DNA of 64,000 nucleotides from an uncultured Gemmatimonadales bacterium (GTDB taxonomy: Bacteria > Gemmatimonadota > Gemmatimonadetes > Longimicrobiales > Gaopeijiaceae), in NCBI GenBank assembly GCA_963823035.1, contig CAWGKG010000013.1:11498-75497 (forward strand), given 5' to 3'. Of this stretch, positions 29,823-41,266 are shown piece after piece; the stretch's first letter is position 1, and every line of letters begins with the position of its first letter. The translations under genes and the position numbers were made by a program. Under the pieces are notes generated by a model that did not search any database, was not told the origin of the DNA, and saw only the letters and a program-made list of their open reading frames with translations.

Positions 29823-32519
29823 GGATCGAGCGGATCCGGCTGGACGCCTTCGGGCGCCTCTCCGGGATCGATACCGGCGAGCCGCCTCTCCCCGGCCTGG
29901 TCGTGGTGCTGGGACCCAACGAGGGCGGCAAGTCCACGCTCTTCCATTTCCTGACCTCGATGCTGTACGGCTTCTATCCGGCGTCGAGGGACACCAACCC
30001 GTACGCGCCGTGGGACGGCGCGGAGCCGGCCGGCTCCATCGTCCTGCGCCTGGACGGCGGCGGGTGCGCCGACGTCGAGCGCCGTCTCCTGTTCCCAGCC
30101 GACGGGACGCCTGACGCTCGACGGTCGGTCCGAGGATCTACGGAACCGGACGGTACCGTGGGCGGAGCACGTGCCGCGCACGGTCTTCCGCCAGGTCTTC
30201 GCGCTCACGCTGGACGAGCTCGCCGGGCTGGACGAGGAGACCTGGGGACGCGTCCAGGACCGCATCGTGGGCTCGATGGGCGCCACCGACATCCTCCCCG
30301 CGCGGCATGTCGCCGCCGACCTGGAGCAGGAGGCCGGTGAGCTGTGGCGGCCAAGCCGACGTGGCAACCAGCGCATCCGCGACCTGCAGCGAACGATCCT
30401 CTCGCTCCGCTCGAGGCGGCTCGAGGCGGCGGAGCGGGACCGGCGGCTACGCGCGGTGGTCACCGAGGTCGAAGCCGCGCGCGAGCGCCTGCACGAGGCT
30501 CGCCAGGCGCGCCACCTCGCCCGCCTGGCCGTGGAGCGGGTGCAGGCGCTCGTCCCGATCCGCGCCCAGATGCGCCGAATCGCGGCGCTGCGCGGGGACG
30601 CCGGGCCGCCCGAGCCCCTCCAGGGGATGCCCGCCGATCCGACGCTGGAGCTTCGCACTCTGCGCGACCGGCTGGACCGCCTCGAGCGCCGTCGCGAGGA
30701 GCTGCGCGTGGAGCGTACCGACCCCGAGGCCGCCCTCGCCGCCTTCGGGACCGCCGAGCGCGGCCTGCTGGAGCGGAGCGAGGCCGTCTCGTCCTTTCTG
30801 GGCCGCGCCGTCGCCCTGGGGGGAGACCGCGCCAGGCTCGCCGCGCTCGAGCAGGAGTCGCGCGACCTCGACCGTCGCCTGGAGGGCGCCGCGGCCACCG
30901 TGCTCGCCGCCCCCTGGGCCGACGTGCGCGAGGCGGACGTGGCGGCGCTCTCCGTGGCCGAGTTGCGTGAGCGCGTCCGCCGGCTCCAGGCGGCCCGCCA
31001 GGAGCGGCGCGTCCTGGAAGCAGGGCAGGCCGCCGGGCCGCAGCCCGCCCGCGCGGGCGCCGGCACGCTGGTGGCGTGGATCGTCCTCGCCGTGGTGGGC
31101 CTGGTCGTCCTGAGCGTCGGGATGAGCGGGGGCGGCACGGTCGTGACGTCCGTGGGCGCCGCCGTCGCGGCGCTCGGCGTGATCCTCCTGGTGGTGGAGT
31201 TCGTCGGGCGCGGACGGGCCACGCGCCCCGCCGCCGACGCGCCGTCTCCCGACCCCGGAACGGCCGAGCGGGCCGAGAAGGCCGCACGCGTCGCCGTCGC
31301 CGACCTCCTCGGCGACCTTCCGGTCCTGCCCTCCCTCCTCGAAGAGCCCGCGAACGGACTGGTGGCCGGGATGGAGAGGATCCAGGAGCTTCTGCGAGAC
31401 CGGGCGGAGCGCGCGAGGATCGCGGACGAGCTGCGAGGCCGCGTCACGGAGACCGACGCCGAGGCCTCGGCGCTGGTCGGCGCGCTCGCGCTGGAGGCCG
31501 TGGCCGGCGCCGAGGCCGTGGCGCACCTCCTCGATCGGGAGGTGCGACGGGCCGAGCGCCTGCGCGAGGCCGCAACAGGGGCCCGGCGCGAGCTGCGACG
31601 GCTGGAGCGCGAGGAGGCGCGCGTCGCCGAGGAGATCCGGGAGCAGTCCGCCACGGTCGGCCGTCTCCGGCAGCGGCTCGAGGACGCTGGAGGAGGCGAC
31701 GCCACGGAGGGGGCGCTTCGGGTCCGGGAACGCATCCAGGCCGCGGAGCGGGCGGACCAGCTGCAGGAGGAGCTCGAGCGGGCCCACCCCGACCTCGAGG
31801 AGATCCGGGTCCGCATCGAGCGCGCCGAGGCGTCGGGCGATTCCTGGACCACGGACGACGACGATCTCGCTCGCAGGAAGGCACGCGTCGAGGAGCTCAC
31901 CGAGGAGGTGGAGACGCTCGCCCGCCGGGTGGAGGGCCTGGAGCGCGACGCGGTGCACCTGCGAGAGGTCGAGACCGTGGACGCCGTGGACGGCGAGATC
32001 GCCGCCCTCCAGGAGGAGGAGCAGGCGCTCCTTCTCGAGCGGGACCGCCGCTGGCTTCTGGCACGTATCCTGCGGCAAGCGGACCGCCGCTTCCGTGAGG
32101 AGCATCAGCCGGACCTGCTGCGCCGCGCGAGCGGCTACCTCGCCGGGCTCACCGCAGGCCGCTACGACCGCATCGTGGCGGACGAGGGCTCCGGGGACGG
32201 CCGCTTCCAGGTGGTCGGCCCGGGGTTGCCGGGGCCGGTGCTGCTGGCGCCGCCCATCTCGACCGGTACGCTCGAGCAGGCCTACCTCGCGCTGCGGCTC
32301 GCCATCGTCGACCACCTCGACCAGGGTCTCGAGCGACTCCCGCTCTTCGCCGACGAGGTGCTCGTCAACTGGGACCACCGGCGCCGCACGCGCGGCCTCC
32401 GGCTGCTGGCCGGCGTCGCGAAGCAGCGTCAGGTCTTCGTCTTCACCTGCCATCCAGAGCTGGCGAGCGGCCTCGAAGACGAGGGCGCGAGGTTGCTGCG
32501 CCTCGGCCCCGAGGGCTGA
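29819..32519 (+). CDS. yhaN: YhaN-like AAA_27 SMC-type ATPase (frameshift near 30095)
   Basis: Walker A GPNEGGKSTL, long coiled coils with internal TM hairpin, signature ISTGTLEQAYLALRLA, LPLFADEVLVNWD, FTCH. Confidence 0.88.
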
Positions 32520-32549
32520 CCGCGGGACCCCGTCCTCCATGCGAACCCC

Positions 32550-33390
32550 ATGACCCCCGAGCTTCCCCTGCACGTCGAAGTCCGCGGGCGCGCCGGCGCC
32601 GACGCGGAGACGTTCGTGCTGCTGCACGGGTACGGAGCGTCTTCGTTCTCGTGGCGCACCTGGGTGCCCGCGCTGGAGCGGAGGGGGCGCGTCCTCCTCG
32701 TCGACCTGAAGGGCTTCGGCGCCGGCGCCGCAGCCGGACGACGGCCGCTACGCGCCCACGGATCAGGCGGAGCTGGTCCATCGCCTCCTCGTGGAGCGCG
32801 ACGAGCGCGACGTGACCCTGCTCGGGCATTCCCTCGGCGGCGGGATCGCGCTGCTGACGGCGCTCCGGCTCCTCGACGACGGCGGCGACCGCCTCCGCCG
32901 TCTCGTGATCGTGGCGGGCGCCGCGTACCGGCAACCGCTGCCTCCTTTCGTTTCCCTCGCGCACCACCCTCGCTTCTCCCGGGCGCTGCTGCGCATCCTC
33001 GGTGCGACCTTCGTGGCGCGCGCGGTCCTGCGCACCTGCGTGTACGATGCGGCCAGCGTGACGCGCGAGCAGGTGGACGGGTACGCGGCTCCGCTCCGTC
33101 GGCGGGGATCGGGCCGGGTCCTGATCGACACCGCCCTCCAGATCGTGCCGGGAGAGATGGACGCCCTGACCGCGCGCTACGGCGAGATCGACGTACCGAC
33201 CCTCCTCCTCTGGGGACGGCAGGACCGCGTCGTGCCGCTGGCGAACGGCGCCGCCGACTGGCCGAGCGCGCTCCCGCGGGCACGGCTGGTCGTCCTCGAG
33301 CGCTGCGGGCACTTCCCGCCGAGGAGCTGCCCGCCGAGTCGTTGCGGGTGCTGGAGACGTTCCTCGACGAGAGCCGCGTCGGGCGGACTC
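32550..33390 (+). CDS. Alpha/beta-fold hydrolase (frameshifted; 3' end uncertain)
   Basis: LLHGYG, DLKGFG, GHSLGG nucleophile elbow, WGRQDRVVP, CGHFP. Confidence 0.85.
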
Positions 33391-33866
33391 AGCCCTCCGC
33401 CGCCGCCTCCTGCACGTCCGACGCTCCACGTGACCTCCACCGCCCCCTTCAGCGACTGGGCCGTGGGGCACTTCTCGACGTGCGTCGCCAGCGCGCGGTC
33501 CACCTTGTCGCGTGGCGTCCCCGCCGGGAGCCGCAGCTCGTAGCGTACGTGGATCCGCTTCAGCAGGGGGATGCGGTCCACCATCTCGTTCGTTCCCTCG
33601 GCGGTCGCGACGATCGCGTCGCCGCCCAGTGAGATCCCGCGCACCTCCAGTGCGCCGTTGAGCGTCCCGAGCAGTCAGCCGGCAGCAGCGGCCACGAGGT
33701 AGTCCACGGGGAGCGGGAGGTTGGGCTGGGAGTCGAGCCCGTAGTGCGCCTTCACGGGTCCGTGGACGCCCAGCTCGAGCACGGTCCCGTCCTGCAGCTC
33801 GGCGCGGCGATGCACGCCCTCGACCTTGTGGACCCGCGACTTGGAAACGTAGAACGGCTCGGTCAT
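33389..33866 (-). CDS. OsmC/Ohr-family protein with in-frame UGA at 33675-33677, probable selenoprotein
   Basis: MTEPFYV...PLPVDYLVAAAAG-UGA-LLGTLNGALEVRGI...VEKCPTAQSL in one frame; UGA at the first conserved OsmC Cys; probable extra base near 33420, natural end DVQEAAAEG*. Confidence 0.85.
33622..33674 (-). promoter_or_regulatory. Bacterial SECIS-like stem-loop
   Basis: Lower stem CUGCUCGG/CUGGGCGG starts right after the UGA; upper stem GCGCAC-UGGAG-GUGCGC (33639-33655); loop starts 25 nt after UGA with G at loop position 2. Confidence 0.72.
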
Positions 33867-34078
33867 TCCGACTCCTCCGCGAAGCTCTTCCAGGAATCCT
33901 CGCCACCACCCTCCCACCCCGGGCACGCGAGCACGGGGAGCGGTGGGTACTTCGGGTATCCCGGGTCCGTCCGGGACCTCGTGCACATGTAGAAGATCGA
34001 GCCCTTCCGGTTCCCGGTCGTGCGATGGTGCCGGCAGGACGCGCACAGCCCGGCCCGGTGGTGACCCGCGTCCGTCAC
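33863..34078 (-). CDS. 71-aa four-cysteine microprotein (putative Zn/Fe-S binding)
   Basis: GLCASCRHHRTTGNRKGSIFYMCTRSRTDPGYPKYPPLPVLACPGWE; GTGA and ATGA overlaps with both neighbours. Confidence 0.75.
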   Translation of the reverse strand: MTDAGHHRAGLCASCRHHRTTGNRKGSIFYMCTRSRTDPGYPKYPPLPVLACPGWEGGGEDSWKSFAEESE

Positions 34079-34856
34079 CTCCTCACCCCGAGGAAGCCGA
34101 CCTGCCGCTCGCGCGTCGCCCCCGCGATGGGAGAAGAAGCCTTCGCCGCAGCGCGTGCAATGCCCGGAGACCGTCACGTTGCGCAGCTCGACACCGACCG
34201 CAACGGCCCGCTCCGCCAGCGCCGCCCGCAGATCCAGGGGCTCGGGACCCATCGGACGGGGCAGGCCCGAGAGCCTCGAAGACCTCGGGCCCCACCTCGT
34301 AGCAGCGGCCGCAGATCGACGGACCCAGGTGCACGTGCAGGTCGGCCGCCCGCGACGCGGCCCGCTCCGCCAGCACCGCCACGCCCCGCTCCAGGATGCC
34401 CGCGGCCGCGCCCCGCCATCCTGCGTGCAGGAGGGCCGCCGCCCGCCGTTTCGGGTCCACCACCGACACGGGCACGCAGTCCGCGGTGGTCACCGCCATG
34501 AGGACGTCGGCGTCCCGGGTGGCGTGCCCGTCGCACGGCTCGGTCACCAGCAGTCCGGGCGCGCCACGCCCGTGGACGCGTACGGCCGCGCCGTGGACCT
34601 GGCGCGCGTGCACGGCCCGCGTGAAGCCGGTCCCGCGCAGGAGCGCCTCCCACCGCCTCGATACCGCGCCGGCCGGGGAGGCTTCCCCGAAGAGGGCCAG
34701 GTCGAACGGGTCGGCGTCCTCCCCCCGCCCGGTCGATCCCTGGACCAGCCAGGGGAACGCCTCCCGCCACTCGGGGTGAACCACCCATGGCAGGCCGGAC
34801 GCCGGGACCTCCCGGACCGTGCGGAAGGAAGCGCGCCGCGGTGCGGTGTCGTTCAC
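34075..34856 (-). CDS. pgeF: YfiH/PgeF laccase-domain (purine nucleoside phosphorylase) family protein (frameshifts near 34260 and 34110)
   Basis: RQVHG, TADCVPV, HAGWRG, LGPSICGRCYEVG, CTRC...FFSHRG...RQVGF. Confidence 0.9.
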
Positions 34857-34935
34857 GGCTTCGGGCTCCGGGCCAGGGCCTGATGTAGTATTATGATTCC
34901 GCCTCCAGCCGGGGGCGCACCTTCGAGCCGGGACG

Positions 34936-37823
34936 ATGGACGAACCCCTCTTCGACAGCCAGAACGTCGCCTACGCACAGGCGATGTTCGAGCAGTACGC
35001 CCGCAACCCCGAATCGGTCCCCGAAGCCTGGCGCGAGCTCTTCGCGGACGGAGGCGGGAGGGCCGTGGCGGAAGGCCTCTACGTGCCCGAGCAGCTCAAC
35101 GGGCACCGCGCGGTGGCCGCGGCCCCCGTGCCGTCTCGCGCCGCGGCGCTGCCGTCGGCGGAGGAGATCCCTCCGATCCTGGAGTCGGCCGCGCACAGCC
35201 ACTCCGAGGCCGCCGAGCACCTGCGCCGCGTCCTCCCGGTGGTCTCGCGCGCGGCCGCTCTCGTGCAGGCGTTCCGCGACCACGGCCACCAGCTCGCCCG
35301 CATCGATCCGCTGGGCAGCGAGCCGCACGGACATCCGCAGCTGAGCCCCGCCTTCTTCGGCACCTCGATGGAGGAGCTGGCCGGGCTGCCGTCCTCGCTC
35401 GTGATGGAGGACGAGCAGGAGCGCTCCGTCGCCGACGCGCTGCACGAGCTGCGCGACATCTACGCCGGCTCCATCGGCTACGAGTTCGAGCACCTCGACG
35501 ACCACGTGAAGGTCGAGTGGCTGTGGGACCAGGTGGAGACCGGGGCCAACTTCCCGGACATGACGACCGAGCAGAAGCGGCGCCTCCTCCACAGGCTGAC
35601 GCAGGTCGAGGGGCTGGAGCAGTTCCTCCACCGCGCCTACCTGGGCCAGAAGCGCTTCTCCGTCGAGGGCACCGACATGCTGGTGCCGATGATCGACCTG
35701 GCGATGGAGGAGGCCATCCGCGACGGCGCGGTCGAGGCCGTGCTGGGCATGGCCCACCGGGGTCGGCTCAACGTGCTCACCCACATCGTGGGCGTCTCCT
35801 ACGGGGAGCTGCTCGCCGAGTTCGAGGGGCCGAGCTTCAAGGGTGGCCAGCTCGACGTGGGCGGCACCGGCGACGTGAAGTACCACCACGGCGCGCGCGG
35901 CACAGCGCACCTTCGAGGGCGTCGGTGAGATCGGCGTGACGCTCATGCCGAACCCCAGCCATCTGGAGTTCGTGAACCCGGTGGTGACCGGCTTCGCGCG
36001 CTCCCGCCAGTTCGACGGGCACCGGACGCGAGGCCAACCTCGACACCAAGCGCGTCGTGCCGATCCTCATCCACGGCGACGCGGCCTTCGCGGCCGAGGG
36101 CGTGGTCGCCGAGACGCTCAACATGGCCCGCCTCGCCGGCTACGACGTCGGCGGCACGGTGCACATCATCGCGAACAACCAGATCGGCTTCACCACCGAC
36201 CCGCGGGACAGCCGCTCGACCACCTACGCCAGCGACCTGGCCAAGGGCTACGGCATTCCCGATCGTGCACGTGAACGCGGACGACCCGAGGCCTGCCTCG
36301 CGGCCGTGCGCCTGGCCATGGCCTACCGCACCGAGTTCCGGGACGACTTCGTGATCGACCTGGTCGGTTACCGCCGCCACGGGCACAACGAGGGCGACGA
36401 GCCGGCGTACACGCAGCCCGTTCTCTACGCGAAGATCGCCGAGCATCCGACCGCGCGGGCCATCTACGCGGACAAGCTGCGCGACAGCGGCGTGCTGTCC
36501 GAGGACGACGTCCAGGCGATGGTCGACGAGGTGTCCGCGAGAGCTGCGCGAGGCGCAGGACACCGTGCGCGAGCACCGGCCCGTCGGCGACGAGGAGCTC
36601 GACCCCGACTACGAGGTCCCGGTCGTCCCGGACACCACGGGCGTGTCGCTCGATCGGCTCGCGGCCGTCAACGACGCGCTGGTGCGCCTCCCCGAGGGCT
36701 TCAAGCCGCACCCGAAGCTGTGGCGGCAGCTCGAGCGGCGCGCGCACGACTTCGGGCCCGAGCGGACGCTCGACTGGGGGCACGCGGAGTCGCTCGCGCT
36801 TCGGCACGCTGCTCATGGACGAGATCCCGATCCGCCTGACCGGGCAGGACAGCCAGCGCGGCACGTTCAGCCACCGGCACCTCGTGCTCCACGACGTGGA
36901 GACCGGCCGTCGAGTGCATGCCGATCCAGCAGGTCTCCGAGACCCGCCTGGAGATCTACAACTCGCCGCTGACCGAGACCGCCGTCATCGGGTTCGAGTA
37001 CGGCTACTCGGTGGGCGCCGACACCGACGTCGTGCTGTGGGAGGCGCAGTTCGGCGACTTCGTGAACGTCGCGCAGGTCATGATCGACCAGTTCCTCTCG
37101 TCGGGGCTGACGAAGTGGGGGCAGTACTCCCGCCTCACGCTCCTCCTGCCGCACGGCTACGAGGGGCAGGGGCCGGAGCACTCGAGCGCGCGCCTGGAGC
37201 GCTTCCTCCAGCTCTGCGCCGAGGACAACATGCGCGTCACCTATCCGACGACGCCCGGCGCAGTACTTCCACCTCCTGCGCAGGCAGGCGCTGCGGCGGC
37301 CCGAGCGGCCGATGGTCGTCATGACGCCCAAGAGCCTGCTGCGCCATCCGATGGCGACGTCGACCGTGGCCGAACTGGTCGAGGGTGACTTCCGGCACGT
37401 GATCGACGACCCGGCGTCGAGAAGGCCGAGGCCGTCGAGCGCCTGGTGCTGTGCTCGGGGAAGGTCTACTACGACATCCAGGGGCACGCGCGGCGCGCCG
37501 AGGCCGACGCACGCCGCGGTCGCCCGCCTGGAGCTGCTCTATCCCTTCCCGGCCGAGGCGCTGCGCGAGCTGCTCGATGCGGTATCCGAACCTGCGCGAG
37601 GTCGTGTGGACGCAGGAGGAGCCGCGCAACATGGGCGCGCTCACCTTCGTCGGGCCCGCGCCTGCGTGCGGTGGTGCCGCGGAAGATCCCGCTCTCCTAC
37701 GTGGCCCGCCCCGAGCGGGCGAGCCCGGCGGAGGGAAAGGCCAAGGACCACGCGCCGCAGCAGCAGAAGGTCGTGCTGGAGGCGCTGGGGTTGGAGCCGG
37801 AGGCTCCGCAAGAAGAGGGCTAG
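34936..37823 (+). CDS. sucA: 2-oxoglutarate dehydrogenase E1 (about a dozen frameshifts)
   Basis: [89 protein letters not shown]. Confidence 0.93.
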
Positions 37824-37834
37824 CGCCTACGCGT

Positions 37835-38347
37835 CTACACGTGCGGCCCGACCGTCATCGTCACCACCGCGATCAGCAGGAGCACGGCCGTGATGCGCGA
37901 GTACGCGCGCACCTTGCCCTGGAGGCGCGCCATCTCGGCCTGGTCCGCCGCCGAAGGCGGCGCTCCGGACGCGCCGACGCGCCCCATGAGCGCCGCGAGC
38001 TTCTTCACGGAGGTGCGCACGCCGTGCGCGCCCGTCCCCAGCGCGAGGATACCGGCGAGCATTCCGGTGCTGAGCAGCATCCCGGATGTCGAGCCCATGA
38101 AGCCCGACGAGAAGTGACCGGAAAGGCGCCATAGCAGCCAGAATCCGGTCAGCACGTTCAGCAGCGCCAGCACGCTGATGAAGCCGCTGTAGCCGCGTCG
38201 AACCATGTTGCCCATCACGGCGCCGCCGGCCGGACCGGCGTCGCGAACCGAAGGCTCCAGGAAGAGCACGACCATGAACGTCGCGCCCGCCCAGAAGACC
38301 CCGAACAGGACGTGGATCACGCGCGCCGTGACGTAGATAGCCTCCAT
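37835..38347 (-). CDS. Hypothetical four-TM membrane protein
   Basis: MEAIYVTARVIHVLFGVFWAG...; four hydrophobic helices. Confidence 0.75.
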   Translation of the reverse strand: MEAIYVTARVIHVLFGVFWAGATFMVVLFLEPSVRDAGPAGGAVMGNMVRRGYSGFISVLALLNVLTGFWLLWRLSGHFSSGFMGSTSGMLLSTGMLAGILALGTGAHGVRTSVKKLAALMGRVGASGAPPSAADQAEMARLQGKVRAYSRITAVLLLIAVVTMTVGPHV

Positions 38348-38445
38348 GTGGACCCGCCCCCTCTTTTTGTTCGATCGGTGGTGTGGCGGCCGGTGCTGCC
38401 GGCCCGCCGTGAACGCGGCGCCCCCTGGGCGCCGCGGACTTCGCG

Positions 38446-39814
38446 TCAGCGTCGGCGGATCTGGGCGCTCGGGAAGCGAACCACGCTCTCGTTCCCGTCC
38501 GTGCCCACCGCCGCGACGCCGAAGAGGTAGTTGTCGATCACGAGGTTCGCCAGCGTGCTCTCGGTGACGTTGCCGACGAACTTCGAATGCTGCCACTGCG
38601 GAGCGGTGGTCTCCCGCCAGTAGACCTTGTAGCCGGCCAGGTTCGGGTCGTCGACCGGGTCCCACTGCGAGCGTCGTGGACGGCTGGACCGCGCCCCCGA
38701 TGCGCACGTTGTCGGGCGCCGGCGGCGCCCACGCGAGCGAGGCGAGCACGGCGGCGTTCACCGCCGTGAGCCGCGCGGCGTAGTCGAAGTCCACCCCCTC
38801 GATCACGTCGCCGTACGCGATGCCGTTCTCCGTGCGCAGGTTCTGATGCTGCCGCACGTAGTTCTCGTGCGTCTCCATGATGCGCACCGCCGGAAAGCCG
38901 GCGTCGTTGAACGGGCGGTGATGCCCGCCGCGACCGAAGCGGTCGAGCCGGTAGACCATCATCGCGCGCAGGTCGGTGAAGTACGTGTCCGTGATGCGGG
39001 CCACGTATCGGGCGAGCTGGCGCGAGGGTCCGTCCACCTCGCCGCCGAACGTGCGGTAGGAGCGCAGCTCCTGCTCGGTCGCCGTGGCCGGATAGGGCTC
39101 CGAGAAGACGCGGAACACGCCGTTGTCGATGCGCCCGTCGATCCCCTGGATGTTGCCGATCATGTCGTCGTTCAGGACCGCGGCGATGTCCCACCCCTCG
39201 TCCACCGCGACCTGCGCCATGTGCCGGCCACCCCACAGCCCCTGCTCCTCGCCCGAGAGTCCGACCAGGACGACGGAGGTGGGGAAGCGGTACTGCGACA
39301 GCACGCGCGCGGCCTCCAGCACGCCGGCCATCCCCGACGCGTTGTCGTTGGCGCCCGGCGCGTCGCCCTCGACGTCCATCGTGTTCGAGTTCCGCGAGTC
39401 GATGTCGCCGCTCATGATCACGTAGCGGTTCGGATGGACCGTGCCCCGGATCACCGCCACGACGTTCACCACGTTCACCGGGTGGGGAAGGCGCTCGCCC
39501 TCCTGCAGCGCTTCCTGGTAGGACACCTCCATGCACCCGCCGCACGCGGCGGAGATACGGTCCATCTCGGCCTTGATCCAGCGACGCGCGGCGCCGATGC
39601 CGCGCGTGTCCGACACGGTGTCCGAGAGCGTGTTGCGCGTGCCGAAACCGACCAGCGTGCGCACGTCGCTCTCGATGCGCTCGGCGGACGTGGCGCCAGC
39701 GATGTCGTAGACGCGTGGATCGACGGGCGGCGGCACGTCGCCCGTCTGCGCGCGGAGGGAAGCGGGGCCGAGAACGGCGAACGCCGCGGCGGCGAGGAGC
39801 TTCGAGCGACTCAA
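38446..39814 (-). CDS. M28-family metallopeptidase with C-terminal FN3-like domain (frameshift near 38665)
   Basis: GFGTRNTLSD, PGANDNASG, GEEQGLWG, LDRFGRGGHHRPF. Confidence 0.88.
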
Positions 39815-39876
39815 GGTGCGACTCCCGTGGGGTGGGCCGTGCGGCCCGGGTGGCCTCGACCCGGATAAGATGGCGA

Positions 39877-40866
39877 CTACCACTTCAGCAGCAACTTCCC
39901 GAAGGTATCGTTCTCCTCCATCACGCGGTGCGCCTCTCCGGCCTCCTCGGGCGCGAAGACGCGATCCACCACGGGCCGCAGGTCCCCCGACCGGAAGTGC
40001 GGGAGCACGCGTTCCTCGAAGGCGCGCGCGAGCGCCGCCTTCTCCTCGACCGGCCGCGCGCGCAGGACCGTGCCGCGCAGCGAGGCCCGCTTGCCCATCA
40101 GCGCGCGCAGATCGATCTCGGCGCGGGGGCCTCCCGGCACGCCGATCACGATGTGGCGCCCCCCGCTCGCGATCACCTTCTGGTTGTGCGCCAGGTACGG
40201 GCCGCCCACCAGATCGACGATGAGGTCGACGCCCCTTCCGGCCGTGAGGTCCAGGACGCGCTGCGGCCATCCCTCGTCGGCCAGAACCGGCTCGTCCAGT
40301 CCGAGCGCCTCCGCCCGCTGCAGCTTGGTGGCCGTGCGCGACGTCCCGATCGTGCGGGCGCCGAAGGCGCGCGCCAGCTGGAGGGTCGCCGTGCCCACCC
40401 CGCTTCCCACCGCGTGGATCAGCACCACCTCGCCCTCGGACAGGCCCTCCTGGACGAAGGCCGCGTCGAAGGCGGTCATGTAGGCCTCCGGCAAAGCGCC
40501 CGCCTCGTCCAGCGACATCCCCTCGGGGGCGGGCACGAGCGTGGAGCCATCCGTGACCACCTGTTCGGCGTAGCCTCCGCCGCCCACGATCCCCATGACG
40601 GAGTCGCCGGGCCGCCAACGCGTCTCGCCCTCGCCGACGGCGTCCACCGTGCCGGCCACCTCCAGGCCGGGCACGTCGGCGGGCCATCCCGGCGGCGCCG
40701 GATACAGGCCCCTGCGCTGCAGGAGGTCCGCCCGGTTGACGCCCGACGTCGCGGTGCGCACGCGCACCTGGCCGGGCCCCGGCTCGGGGAGGGGCACGGA
40801 CCGCACCTTCAGGACCTCCGGCCCGCCCGGCTCCGTGACCACCACCGCCCGCATGCTCTCCGCCAT
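39877..40866 (-). CDS. NAD(P)H-quinone oxidoreductase, PIG3 family
   Basis: GVNRADLLQRRGLYP, PGLEVAG, HAVGSGVG. Confidence 0.93.
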   Translation of the reverse strand: MAESMRAVVVTEPGGPEVLKVRSVPLPEPGPGQVRVRTATSGVNRADLLQRRGLYPAPPGWPADVPGLEVAGTVDAVGEGETRWRPGDSVMGIVGGGGYAEQVVTDGSTLVPAPEGMSLDEAGALPEAYMTAFDAAFVQEGLSEGEVVLIHAVGSGVGTATLQLARAFGARTIGTSRTATKLQRAEALGLDEPVLADEGWPQRVLDLTAGRGVDLIVDLVGGPYLAHNQKVIASGGRHIVIGVPGGPRAEIDLRALMGKRASLRGTVLRARPVEEKAALARAFEERVLPHFRSGDLRPVVDRVFAPEEAGEAHRVMEENDTFGKLLLKW

Positions 40867-40964
40867 GGTCCGCCCTCCTCAGCGATGTTCGAGGCGTTGT
40901 CTTCCCGCGATGCGCTTCTACCTTCCCACCCCGTACCCGCGCGTCCGATCCCCGGAGGTCCGCA

Positions 40965-41204
40965 TTGTTCTACCAGCTCGTCTCCCTCGTCGGAGCGGCG
41001 CTCATCCTCGTGGCGTACGCGCTCAACCAGGCCGGCCGCGTCCGCCCGTCCGACACCGCCTACATGCTCATGAACTTCGTCGGGGCGGCGCTGCTCGCGT
41101 GGGTGGCGGTGGTGGACCGGCGCGTGGGGTTCATCGTCCTGGAGGGCGCATGGGCGGTCCTGTCCCTCGTCCCGCTCGTGCGCCGGCGCCGCCGGCCCGC
41201 CTGA
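40965..41204 (+). CDS. Small membrane protein (CBU_0592-like)
   Basis: VGAALILVAYALNQAG...YMLMNFVGA...GFIVLEGAW. Confidence 0.75.
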   Translation: MFYQLVSLVGAALILVAYALNQAGRVRPSDTAYMLMNFVGAALLAWVAVVDRRVGFIVLEGAWAVLSLVPLVRRRRRPA

Positions 41205-41266
41205 CCGGTGCGCGCCGCGGCCGCCGCCCGGTAGGTTGACGGTCCCGCACCCCGAACCGCCACCCG

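Noticed and set aside
37835..40687. 950-aa ORF joining the M28 peptidase to a membrane protein
   Set aside because: Caused by an indel near 38665; the peptidase has its own stop at 38446 and the membrane gene its own ATG
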